A DNA stretch of 64,000 nucleotides from an uncultured Phycisphaerales bacterium (GTDB lineage Bacteria; Planctomycetota; Phycisphaerae; Tepidisphaerales; Tepidisphaeraceae): positions 4,160,001 through 4,224,000 of the forward strand of contig CAVWLP010000002.1 of assembly GCA_963755915.1 (NCBI GenBank). The letters are read 5' to 3'. This document shows positions 10,801 to 20,487 of the stretch, one piece after another. The position numbers were made by a program, and so were the translations under genes. Each line of letters begins with the position of its first letter. The first letter of the stretch is position 1. The notes under the pieces were generated by a model. The model did no database searches, was not told the DNA's origin, and saw only the letters and a program-made list of their open reading frames with translations.

Positions 10801-12217
10801 GAGCAACGCCCTGACCGGCAGTGGCGACGCCACCGACCGCGGTGAATTCAATTCCGTCGTTGGGGAAGTACCAGCTATTGGCGGCAGTCAGTTGAGTGTT
10901 GGCGCCGTTGTTGCTCGCGTTATTGGTGGCAAAGATACCCTCCCCGGTGCCGTACATGAGCTGATTGGAATTGAAAGGGTCGATGGCAACCGTGGCGGCC
11001 CAGTTGTTGATGCCGTCCCCAGAGAGTTCCGCGTAGGGAGAAGTCGATGTATTTCGGGTGGTGTTGTATCCTCCAAAACCGTTATTGTCCTGCACGTTGT
11101 TGGAGTCGTCGAAGAGCGTGGTCCAGGTGGGGGTGGCGGCGTTGGCGTTGACCGTGCGCCAGATTTCATCGGGGCCGCTGTAATAATCGATCGACGTGAC
11201 GACGACGGTGTTGGGATTTTCGGGATCGGCGGCGACGGCATCGTAGCCGAATTTTCCACTGGTGGCTACGGGCGAGATATTGGCCCAGGTGCCCGTGCTC
11301 AGCTGATATCTATAGACGCCTCCATTGGTGATGCTTCCATTCGGGGCCTCGGCGTTGGCATAGCCGAGATAAAGATACCCGTTGGAAAGGACGGCGTGGC
11401 CGGGGAGATAGCCGGTGGGCAAAGAGCCGGCGCCGGTGATCTCAGTCCAGGAGGTTCCCCCGGTGGTTGTTTCGTAGAGGTTGGTGCCGCTGGAAGTCGA
11501 GTCGACGCCCACGAAAAACGTCTGGCTGGGACTTCCCGCTGTTCCCGCGGGATCAAAAAGGACAAAGGTTGTGCTGTCATTTGAGCCGGTAAAGGTGCTG
11601 GTGGCGATCTGCGTGAAGGAATGTCCGGCGTTGGTGCTTTCCCACAATCCGTTGGCGTTGGTTCCGAGAAATAAGATATTGCTGTCGTTGGGATCGACGG
11701 CGATTTGCTCGCCGTCGCCGCGCCCGTTCGAATTGCCTCCAACGTAAAAGCTGAGATTGTCGATGCTCCAGGTTTGGCCCGCGTTGGTGGAATAGAAGAC
11801 CGCGCCGTCGGTTCCGGAATATTCGCCCACGTCGGCGTAAATGTTGTTGGAATTTTCGGGGTCGATGGCGAAGGAGAGGACGCCGATTTCCTGGGATTGT
11901 GTCCCATTTTGCGAGCCGCTGGTGTTGTTGCCAACGAAATCAAGGAGCTGGCTCCAATTGGTCCCGTCGTTGGTAGATTTGTAGAGGCCGCCGATGTCGG
12001 TGCGGGCATAGATGGTGTTGGCGTTTTTGGGATCGTAGAAGATTCCATCCACGAAACCGCCCGCGCCAATGTTGACGTTCTGAAACGTGTAGGGGACGGT
12101 GGTCAGCAATAGACGGTCTTCAAGCACCTCGATAAGGCGTGATCGCCGAACCGCCTGCTGGAGCCTGGATTTGGATACAGAATTACCACCCTGGGAGAAC
12201 CTCCGCCTGGCACGCAT
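7805..12217 (-). CDS. GH74 xyloglucanase-like multidomain secreted protein (LEPRxLL-type N-terminus, BNR propellers, ConA-like and Ig-like domains, dockerin-like tail)
   Basis: IEVLEDRLLL motif; GAGGFVDGI...YARTDIGG, GRGDGE and SAMGDIFG GH74 signatures; ADPNVFGRVYLGINGRGI; GDANLDGTVNGSDF tail. ATG at 12217 has a GGAGG RBS. Confidence 0.85.
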   Translation of the reverse strand: MRARRRFSQGGNSVSKSRLQQAVRRSRLIEVLEDRLLLTTVPYTFQNVNIGAGGFVDGIFYDPKNANTIYARTDIGGLYKSTNDGTNWSQLLDFVGNNTSGSQNGTQSQEIGVLSFAIDPENSNNIYADVGEYSGTDGAVFYSTNAGQTWSIDNLSFYVGGNSNGRGDGEQIAVDPNDSNILFLGTNANGLWESTNAGHSFTQIATSTFTGSNDSTTFVLFDPAGTAGSPSQTFFVGVDSTSSGTNLYETTTGGTSWTEITGAGSLPTGYLPGHAVLSNGYLYLGYANAEAPNGSITNGGVYRYQLSTGTWANISPVATSGKFGYDAVAADPENPNTVVVTSIDYYSGPDEIWRTVNANAATPTWTTLFDDSNNVQDNNGFGGYNTTRNTSTSPYAELSGDGINNWAATVAIDPFNSNQLMYGTGEGIFATNNASNNGANTQLTAANSWYFPNDGIEFTAVGGVATAGQGVALFSAMGDIFGFAHTTLTSSPAQGAAAPYGSANNVAVGDNVIAIVGSPDSSSGTYYGVYSTNDGSTFEDFPTAPGTGDSYGTDTVAVSANGATIVWAQSGLVPYYTTNDGTTWAASTGGMADNGQIIADGLNASDFYYHVGTDIYFSSNGGVSFTLETSAAPRGGDMVVNPFVTGDLWIAVSGGLYHSSNFGATVTKVSSALTSTNSVIALGAPAPGQTIPAIYVFGTISGFLGIYRSDDGGNTWLQLNTTSEQWGGLIETMAADPNVFGRVYLGINGRGIIMGNPATSLPTNWADTDINTPGNPGWATSSTTLSNGTTVTDWILNGGGEELTGNTFSITSLVYTRSTSTGVFHVTAVTSGTNGLAVGDTVTIAGASPSGFDGTFQVSGIVNSTTFTYMDVPGSATATSLTATGTITAATNDQFNFAYEPMSGNVAISVELLSLTDADDGNGTPEAGVMFRAATGDTDPFIALVQTSASSLLLEYRTTAGGTVSTQTITGIPVGSEYVELARLGSGFSAYYSSNGSSWTQIGSTITIAAMSATANVGLAATADYNAQLTSATFTNLVVSTGPTVTQAAAANPNPVDPFDTAAATALSAAATENGSGSGLTYTWAYTGPTGVTYTGNTNGTNAAQNITADFTQTGTYNFTVTIADSLSLTTTSSVQVIVDAAFASQSGSTLDITLNGAGPVAIEGSGGTITASENGFQASFTGVSAISVTDSGSGGDTLTYLGGITSPFSFTGAGTSTLDVVTGTLNFAGASTIALGVLNINSTGLAAVPVNSPTQTQLLVSGISISGGTLDLSDNEMFITYGSGSDPMSVIYSYLQSGYNNGNWNGPGIISTSAHTPTNGLNYGLGFSDGIDGIVSGLSSGQIEIRYTLLGDANLDGTVNGSDFSILSANFGLGYTNWDQGNFLFGSSVNGSDFSALSANFGQGMTLPAVALVEAPTAPVVTTTTTTAATTPTTPTSTSSTSTPSSPPSQILDPVQPVLKKKPRHGDRR

Positions 12218-12313
12218 TGACGCCTCCGTTACACACCCCGCGTTTGAGACCCTCGGAACGTACCACTTCCAGCCACAAAAACGCGCCAGCATTTCTAGCA
12301 CGGCGCGGCCATC

Positions 12314-12352
12314 ACAATACCATGCTTTTGCGTTGCATCAAGCGCTTTCTGA
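12314..12352 (-). promoter_or_regulatory. Promoter (TTGATG-N16-TATTGT, extended -10) with second copy of the LacI-type operator
   Basis: CAAGCGCTTTCTGA at 12339-12352 overlaps the -35 in the same register as at 3421; lies in the divergent GH74/GH31 intergenic region. Confidence 0.65.
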
Positions 12353-12398
12353 CGATATTATCACCTTTGGTTAAAAGCCGGAGATAAACCGGCAGCGG

Positions 12399-15257
12399 AT
12401 GGAGGCTCTCTTGGGCGGTCAGCGGATTTTTAGTAACTTTGTTCGGGCTGCGGGTTTACTGTTTGCGGCTCTGGTCGCCTGCGGGCCGCAAATGGCCCAT
12501 GATTCGAGCAACGTCATGCCTGAAAAATTTGCCTGGGAAGACAACGCGGTCGTCATTGCCCAGGACGACGGCTGGCTGAGAATCCAGGCAATTTCTGACG
12601 ACATTATCCGCGTTTCCTTTTGCGCGATCAGGGACTTCTTCAGACCTCAAGCCTTTCGGTTTTGCCGCAGGCGGGGCTGCGGCCAACCGTTAAGGAGGAT
12701 TCCACCACCGTAAGTATTTCCACCGCAAAGGTTACCGCGCGGGTCGATTTGAACACCGGGAATGTGACCTTCCTGGATCCGGCCGGAAAAGTCCTCCTCG
12801 CCGAGAAGGCCCGGAATCTCGAACCGGCGGATGTGCAGGGCCAAAAGACGTTTCACGTCCGCCAGCAGTGGGGCGGGGCACAGGACGAATCGCTCTACGG
12901 CCTGGGCGAAAATCAACTCGGCCTGACCGACATCAAGGGATATGACCTGGACCTCTGGCAGCACAACGGAACGATCGTCATCCCGCTTCTGGTTTCCAGC
13001 CGGGGGTATGGGATTTTCTGGGATAATCCGTCCTTCACCCGATTCGGGGATTTACGGCCATTTGCGGCCATGCCCGCCGCGACACTCCTCGATGCCTCGG
13101 GCGCAGGGGGGATTGACAGCTTCCTATTTCTCCGATTCCGAGTTTTCGGATCTGATTACCCAGCAGCGGGATGAGCGGGTTTCAATTGAGAGGCATCGAA
13201 GCCGAGACATCATTGCCTCCGATCCGCAGTCCCCTCTGGGGGATCTACCTGCTTCCGAGGGAAGCGTCAGGTGGGAGGGGTCTATCGCTGCCCCCACGAC
13301 CGGCGACTATCAGTTCCAGGCCTTCTCCGATGGGCAAATCAATCTCTGGATCGACGGGAAAATGGTGATGGACCAGTGGCGGCAAAGCTGGCTCCCCTGG
13401 AAGGACATCGCCAAGGTTCGCATGGAGGCCGGCAAGAAATATCCGATCAAAGTCGAGTGGTCCCGGCAGGGGGGATCGACGATTCAGCTTTTGTGGAAGC
13501 CTCCAGCATCCGATTCGGATTCGAAAAATATTTCCCTTTGGTCGGAAGTCGGTGGGGGGGTGGAATATTATTTCTTGAATGGCTCCCGCATCGATGACGT
13601 GATCGCGGGCTATCGCAAGCTCACCGGCCAGGCGCCCATGATGCCGATCTGGGCGCTGGGGCTCTGGCAGTCCCGGCAGAGATACGAAACCGCCCAGCAG
13701 AGCCTGGACGTTGTGGAGGGGTATCGCAGCCGGGGGATCCCGCTGGATAATATCGTCCAGGACTGGCGATATTGGCCCGAGGGGCAGTGGGGCTCGCACG
13801 CGTTCGATCCGGAGCGCTTTCCCGATCCGGCCGGATGGATTCAGAAAATTCACCAGGATCACGCCCGGCTCATGATCTCCGTGTGGGGAAAATTCTATCC
13901 GGGAACGAAGAATTTCGACCAGATGAAGAAGGGCGGATTCCTTTATCCGCGAACCCTCACGGAAGAAACCACCGATTGGCTGGGATTCAACTATGCATTC
14001 TTTGACGCCTTCAATGCCGGGGCGCGAAAACTTTTCTGGGAACAGATCAAGCCGGCTTTGTTCGCCAAAGGCGTCGACGCGTGGTGGCTGGACGCCACCG
14101 AACCGGACCTAATGCCGCGGCCCACGCTCGATGGCCAGCGCTCAAGTATGAATCCAACCGCGCTGGGACCGGGGTCGGCCGTCCTCAACGCCTATTCGCT
14201 CATGGAATGCGAGGCAATTTACGATGGGCAGCGGCAGGCCGCACCGGATAAGCGCGCCTTTATCCTCACCCGCTCGGGATATGCGGGCCAGCAGCGCTAT
14301 GCCGCCGCCAGTTGGTCGGGAGACACCAGCTCAACCTGGCAGGCGATGCACAAGCAGATCGCCGCGGGGATCGGATTTTGCATGTCCGGCGTGCCCTACT
14401 GGACCATGGACGTCGGTGGGTTTTCCGTCCCGCAGCGGTTTAGCAAGTCGGACGCAGACCCCGCCGATGTGCAGGAGTGGCGCGAGCTTATCACCCGCTG
14501 GTTCGAGTTCTGCACCTTCTGCCCGCTGCTTCGCGTGCACGGAGAGTTTCCCCATCGCGAGATGTGGGAATTCGGCGGCGACACCAGCGAGGCCTATCAG
14601 GCCCAGTTGAAGTTTGACCGCCTGCGCTATCGGCTTCTGCCGTATATCTATTCCCTCGCCGGATGGGTGACGCAACGCGATTACACGATTATGCGCGGAC
14701 TGGCAATGGATTTTCCCCAGGACCGCGCAGCGCGCGAATCAACGGATCAATTCATGCTCGGTCCCGCGTTTCTGGTGAATCCGATGACGGAATACCGCGC
14801 GCAGCCGGGAGGTCTATCTGCCGGCGGGAACGCGCTGGTATGACTTCTGGACGGGCAAAATGTTAGAGGGAGCCCAGACGATTTCAGCCCCTGCCGGCAT
14901 GGATTCCATTCCAATTTATGTGGCGCGGGATCGATCATTCCGTTTGGACCGGACCTGCAATATACCGGCGAGAAACCCGCAGATCCGATCGAGCTGCGCG
15001 TCTATACCGGCGCCGATGCACAATTCGATTTGTACGAGGACGACGGCGTGAGCAACGCCTACGAGAAAGGGGAGTTTTCGATCATTCCCATCCGCTGGGA
15101 TGAGAAGACGAGCACGCTGACAATTGGGAAGCGGCAGGGGGGATATCCGGGAATGCTGGATCAGCGGATGTTCAGCCTGGTGCTTGTATCAGAAAGAGGT
15201 GCTGGGGAGCCACGGAGCTTGAAATATGGGGGGAATGCGATTGAACTGCCGCAGTAG
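12399..15257 (+). CDS. GH31 alpha-xylosidase-like protein with PA14 insert (frameshifted in this assembly)
   Basis: Pieces 12399-12713, 12620-13174, 12942-14843 and 15030-15257 join into DUF4968/Gal-mutarotase, PA14 (VRWEGSIAAPTTGDYQF), catalytic WWLDATEPD and WSGD, and C-terminal LYEDDG domains. Confidence 0.85.
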
Positions 15258-15262
15258 GCGAT

Positions 15263-16183
15263 TCACTCCGCGCTGTCCGCCGGTGGCGCCGGCAAAACAC
15301 TGTCGATATCCCCCGCGTCGTCCGCCCCTTCAAAATCCATCAGGAAATGAATGTTCTTCGACTTCTTCTCCCCAAGCTGCCGGCGCAAAAGCTTTTGGGC
15401 CCGCCGAACCCCCGTGCGCCGGGAGACGTGAATCAAAACAATGTCGCGATTTTTCAGCTTGTCGATCGCGTCGATAAAGTGGTCGAGATGCAGATGACGC
15501 CCCGCCTTGGCCTTTGATTTATGATCGGCGTCGAAGAACGTAACCTCGGTAATGAGCACCTCGGCGTTCTGCACATCCGGATGGTCGAACACCTCCCCCA
15601 TTGTCGTATCGCCCAGGTAAGCCACGAGCGGAACCTCGACTCGGTATTGAATCTGCACCCCCTTTTTCTTCAGCGCGACAAGCTCATTCGACGTAGCCCC
15701 GATATATTCCTGCTTGAGCTTTTCCCGCACCGACACCAGCGAATATCCCAGGCTCGGCCCGCCATGATGCGTCGCGAAGCAGCGGATGGAAAAATCCCGG
15801 CGGACTTCGTGCACCTCCCCGGGCGACATGCCGACCAGCTCATACGGCGTCGCCTGCCGTTCAATGTCGCGCCAGCATCTCAGCAGCGTCTCCACCGGCC
15901 GCTGAAGCTCGCGCGGCAGCAAAATTGTCCCCGGCTTCATCCCCTGAAATGAGCGCTGCGAAAGGTAGTAGGGGAGCCCCGCGATGTGGTCCATATGCCC
16001 ATGCGTGATGCAGACAATATCGCTGGTCAACGCAAAGTAGGGGCTGCGGCCGATATCAAAGCAGACGTTCAGCTCAGGCACCTGCACCAGCGTCTCCTCG
16101 CCCGCCACGCTGTACCCGATCACGTGAATGTTCCCCAGCAAAAGCTTGGCGAACCGCTGAACCAGGAATGATTTTTCCGACAT
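15263..16183 (-). CDS. MBL-fold metallo-hydrolase, RNase Z-like
   Basis: GYSVAGEET...FDIG, THGHMDH metal motif, YLGDT, HLH and IHVSRR motifs. Confidence 0.75.
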   Translation of the reverse strand: MSEKSFLVQRFAKLLLGNIHVIGYSVAGEETLVQVPELNVCFDIGRSPYFALTSDIVCITHGHMDHIAGLPYYLSQRSFQGMKPGTILLPRELQRPVETLLRCWRDIERQATPYELVGMSPGEVHEVRRDFSIRCFATHHGGPSLGYSLVSVREKLKQEYIGATSNELVALKKKGVQIQYRVEVPLVAYLGDTTMGEVFDHPDVQNAEVLITEVTFFDADHKSKAKAGRHLHLDHFIDAIDKLKNRDIVLIHVSRRTGVRRAQKLLRRQLGEKKSKNIHFLMDFEGADDAGDIDSVLPAPPADSAE

Positions 16184-16206
16184 TGTTCTCTGCAAAAAAA
16201 GTGCGA

Positions 16207-16767
16207 TCAGAACCGGATGTGACGATCCTTGATCTGGCGCTGCTCGAGCAGGCGCGCCAGCAGGGCAATATATCCGATCGAGATCAGCCCGGCATCCTGC
16301 AGCCCCAGCGTCTGTCGGACCGCGGCGATCTCCTGCTCGGATTTTCCCTCGATTTCAACAAATTTGCCCAGCAGCGGCAGCTCGTCCAGATCGATCTCGC
16401 TGTCCCCCATTTTCCAAGTTTCCCGCCGTTTTTCGAAGGAAAGAGTGGCGGCATACCCCAGGTATTCAAACATTTCCCGCACCGCCTCGGCGTCATCCGC
16501 CACAAACTGGATCTCCTCCCGCGCCTTGAACTGCGACTTTTGCAGCGGACCCTTCATCGTCACCGTGCACTTTTTATGCCCCCCCTCATCCACCGCCACG
16601 CGAATCCGCAAACCCTTGTCCGCCGATCGCAGAACATTGCCCGGCGTGTCGAAAAACGTATTCGTCTCCAGCTCAGATTTGATCCGCGCCGCCCCCGCCG
16701 ATTTGAGCTTCCCGCGCACTGGCTCCAGATCGGCGACCTGCATCTTGGCTTCGAGTTCCGTCGGCAT
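16207..16767 (-). CDS. CYTH domain protein (class IV adenylate cyclase / triphosphate tunnel family)
   Basis: N-terminal ELEAK (ExExK), LRIR, KRRETW and FVEIEG motifs. Confidence 0.85.
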   Translation of the reverse strand: MPTELEAKMQVADLEPVRGKLKSAGAARIKSELETNTFFDTPGNVLRSADKGLRIRVAVDEGGHKKCTVTMKGPLQKSQFKAREEIQFVADDAEAVREMFEYLGYAATLSFEKRRETWKMGDSEIDLDELPLLGKFVEIEGKSEQEIAAVRQTLGLQDAGLISIGYIALLARLLEQRQIKDRHIRF

Positions 16768-16768
16768 C

Positions 16769-19694
16769 TTATTTCACTACCAGACTGACAAGCTTCTTCG
16801 TCGCGTAAATCTGTTTGACCACCGTTTTGTTCGCCAGCCACGATTTAACCGATTCCGCGTCCCGCGCCGCGGTAAATATTTCTTCTTCCGAAGCCTCCGC
16901 GGCAACCGTAATCGTCCCCCGGAGCTTCCCATTCACCTGCACTGCAAGCTCCATGGTCGATTCAGCAAGCTTCGCCGGGTCAAATTTTGGCCAGGGATAG
17001 CGCGCCAGCGACGGCTGATGCCCAAGCCGCGTCCATATCTCCTCCGCCAGGTGCGGCGCGAACGGCGCCAGAAGCAAAACGAATTTCTCCGCCAGCTCCC
17101 TAGGAACTCCGCCGCTTAATCGCCCAATCTCGTTGTTCAGCTTGATCAGCTCGGCAATCGCCGTGTTAAACCGCAAACCCTCGATGTCCTCACCCACTTT
17201 TTTAATCGTCCGCTGAAGCTGGCGATCCAGGGCCTCAGGAATTCTCTCGGCAGTAATCGTCGCAATCTTATTCGCCTCCTCATCGCCGACGAGATTCCGG
17301 TAAACCGCGCTGAGAAACCGCGACATCCCCACAATATCCCGCGTATTCCACGGCTTCTGCGCCTCCAGCGGCCCCATATACATCTCATAAAGCCGAAACG
17401 TGTCCGCGCCGTAGTCCCCCACGATTTGGTCGGGGTTCACGATGTTCCCCCGGCTTTTGCTCATCTTGAAGCTCCGGGCCTCAAGGACGATGTTGGGGTC
17501 CGATTTAAGCACATACCGCTCCCCGCGCTTTTCGACGAGCTCCGCCTCGATGCGGTTCGCAACGAATTTCTGCCCGCTTGTTTTATTCGTCCCGACCAGT
17601 CGTGGCCCCTCCGCGACAGCTTCTTCCACAATATCCTCAAGCCCCGCAGCGCTGACGTTCTTCCCGTCGGCTGTCGTGAAGAGATGAAACTCCATCTCCC
17701 CCAAAATCGTCCCCTGATTCACCAGCTTGGCAAACGGTTCCGGCGTGGAAACATGCCCCAGATCAAAAAGCACCTTGTGCCAGAACCGCGCGTAAAGCAG
17801 ATGCAGCACGGCATGCTCGGCCCCGCCGACATAAAGATCGATCGGCATCCAATATTTCTCTTTTTTCGGATCGACGAAGCGCTCGGAATTCTTCGGATCG
17901 ATGAATCGAAGATAATACCAGCAGCTTCCTGCCCACTGCGGCATCGTGTTCGTCTCGCGCACCGCCGGCTGCCCGTCGAAGGTAACCCTGGCCCAATCCC
18001 TCGCCTTGCTCAGCGGCGGCTCCAGCGTGCCCGTAGGCCGGAAGTCGTCGATCTCCGGCAGCTTCACCGGAAGCTCGCTCTCAGGCACCGGCCACGGATT
18101 ATTCTCACCATCGAGGATGATCGGAAACGGCTCCCCCCAATACCGCTGCCGGCTGAAAATCCAATCCCGCAGCTTATATTTCACCGACCGCTTCCCAACC
18201 TCCTCGTCATCGAGAATCTCCGGGATTTTCTCCTTCGCCTCCTGCGTCGTCAGCCCGTTGATAGGGGGGCTGTTTACGGCGATTCCTTCCTCCTCAAACG
18301 CTTTGCCGGCAGGGGGGCTCGATTTATCCGCCGGCGCCACCACCGTCCGCATCGGCAGCTTGAATTTCGTGGCAAAGTCAAAATCCCGCTGATCATGCGC
18401 CGGCACCGCCATGATCGCCCCAGTCCCATACCCCATCAAAACATAGTCCGCGATCCAAATCGGAATCTTTTCATTGTTGACCGGGTTGACGCAAAAGCCC
18501 CGGTGAATACGCCGGTCTTATCCTTCGTTTCCGCCACCCGATCGCGCTCGGATTTCGCCGCGACCGCCTGCGCGATACGCCTCAACCGCCGACTTCTGCG
18601 CGGAGGATGTAATCCGCTCCACCAACGGATGCTCCGGCGAAAGAACCATATACGTCGCCCCAAACAGCGTATCCGGCCGCGTCGTATAAACCGTCACAAA
18701 CGGCGGATCATTTTCCTCCGCCCCGGCGGGGGGGTTGCCGGGGAGATTGCCGCCGGAGATGCTGGCGGCATCAATCTCAAAATCCACCTCCGCCCCCACG
18801 CTCCTCCCGATCCAGTTCCGCTGCATTTCCTTCAGCGATTCGGGCCAGTTCAGCTTCTCCAGATCTTCTAGCAGCCGCTCGGCAATACGCCGTGATCCGC
18901 AGCACCCATTGCCGCATCGGCTGCCGCACCACCGGGAAACCGCCCACTTCGCTCTTCCCATCGATCACCTCTTCATTCGCCAGCACCGTCCCCAGCCCCG
19001 GGCACCAGTTAACCGGAATTTCATCCATGTACGCCAGCCGCTGATCGTCCACGATCTCCCGCCGCTCCCCCTCATCGAGTTCGCGCCAAAGCCGCCCAAG
19101 CCGATTGTCCCCCAGGATCGGCTCCAGGCTCGGATCGGTCGGATTGAGATGAATCGACCCATCCGGCCCGCAAATGTAATTGTCGTTCTGCAAGCTCGTT
19201 GATCAGGTGCGAGATCGGCTTCGCCTTCTGGTCCACCGGATCGAAATAGCTGTTAAACAGCTGCAAAAAAATCCACTGCGTCCACCGGTAATAGCCCGGA
19301 TCGGTCGTATCGACTTCCCGTTCCCAGTCGTAGCTGAGCCCCAGCATCTGGATCTGCTTGCGGAAGTTGGCGATGTTCTGCTCGGTCGTGATCCGCGGGT
19401 GCACATTCTGCTTGATGGCATACTGCTCCGCCGGCAGCCCAAACGCGTCCCACCCCATCGGATGCAGCACGTTAAATCCCTTCATCCGCAGATAGCGCGC
19501 AAAGATATCGGTCGCCGTATACCCCTCCGGATGCCCCACATGCAGCCCCGCCCCGCTCGGATAAGGAAACATATCCAGCACATACGCCTTGGGCATGTTC
19601 GCCGCCTCATTCGGCTCCAGCGCTGCGAAACGACCGGTTCTGCAAGCCAATACTGCTGCCATTTCTTCTCGATGGCGGTGAAGTTGTAACCCAT
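16769..19694 (-). CDS. leuS: Leucine--tRNA ligase (several frameshifts)
   Basis: [16 protein letters not shown] start, [15 protein letters not shown] (HIGH), [15 protein letters not shown] editing domain, KMSKS, QVNGKLR C-terminus across four ORF fragments. Confidence 0.95.
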
Positions 19695-20003
19695 GCCCGC
19701 CCAATATATGCGAAATTCCCAAATTGCCCCATGGCGAACCCGCAGCCGGAGGCGAGGAGCGGTACTCCGCATTGGCCGGATGCCGTCGGGCTGGAGGCCC
19801 CACTATCAGCCGAGGGGCAAACCCTCTTCACCCCGTTTAGCCGCGCCCCGCAGGGAAGCGCTTTTCAGTGCGGAAAAAGGGGGTTCCGAGCATTAACTCG
19901 CAACTCACAACTCATAACTCGCAACCCTTCCCATTTTCCCTCAACTCCCGAGCCCCACGTTCCGATAACTACCAATGCTGAAAGTTCGAACGGAGGTACC
20001 CCT

Positions 20004-20408
20004 ATGTTGACCCTCACGCAACGCGACACAACCGCGAACGACACAACCGCCCTCCCCGACGATTCCGCAGACAGCGGCATCGAACGCCGCCGCGGCCTGA
20101 GAATCCAGCAGAACCGCCCGATCAAAGTCTTCGAGCACACCGCCGCCCGATACTTCGGCGGGCAGACCCAGGACGTCAGCTCCACCGGCCTGCGCCTCGA
20201 ATTGCCCCGCTCCATGCCCGTCCGCCCCGGCAAACTCCTCAGCATTCACGTCGGCATCGGCGCCGCCGGCCAACCGCTGGCAAATCGCAGAAACATGATC
20301 CCCGCCCGCGTCGTCTGGGTGAATCCCCCAGTCCAGCCCGAAGCCCGCACCCAGGCGGTAGGGGTGGAATTCATGGCCAGCATCGCCTCACAACTCGACG
20401 CCGCCTGA
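20004..20408 (+). CDS. PilZ domain protein
   Basis: ERRRGLR (RxxxR), DVSSTG (DxSxxG), ARVVW and GVEF motifs; GGAGG RBS before ATG 20004. Confidence 0.8.
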   Translation: MLTLTQRDTTANDTTALPDDSADSGIERRRGLRIQQNRPIKVFEHTAARYFGGQTQDVSSTGLRLELPRSMPVRPGKLLSIHVGIGAAGQPLANRRNMIPARVVWVNPPVQPEARTQAVGVEFMASIASQLDAA

Positions 20409-20436
20409 CCAAAAAAGAAATTCTGGAGTGGGAGCG

Positions 20437-20462
20437 GAGCCCGGCAACGGGCTCTTTTTTTT
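20437..20462 (+). terminator. Rho-independent terminator
   Basis: GAGCCCG-GCAA-CGGGCTC followed by a T run, directly after the PilZ gene. Confidence 0.8.
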
Positions 20463-20487
20463 GCGCATGCGGCGGTGGGGCGGCAAT

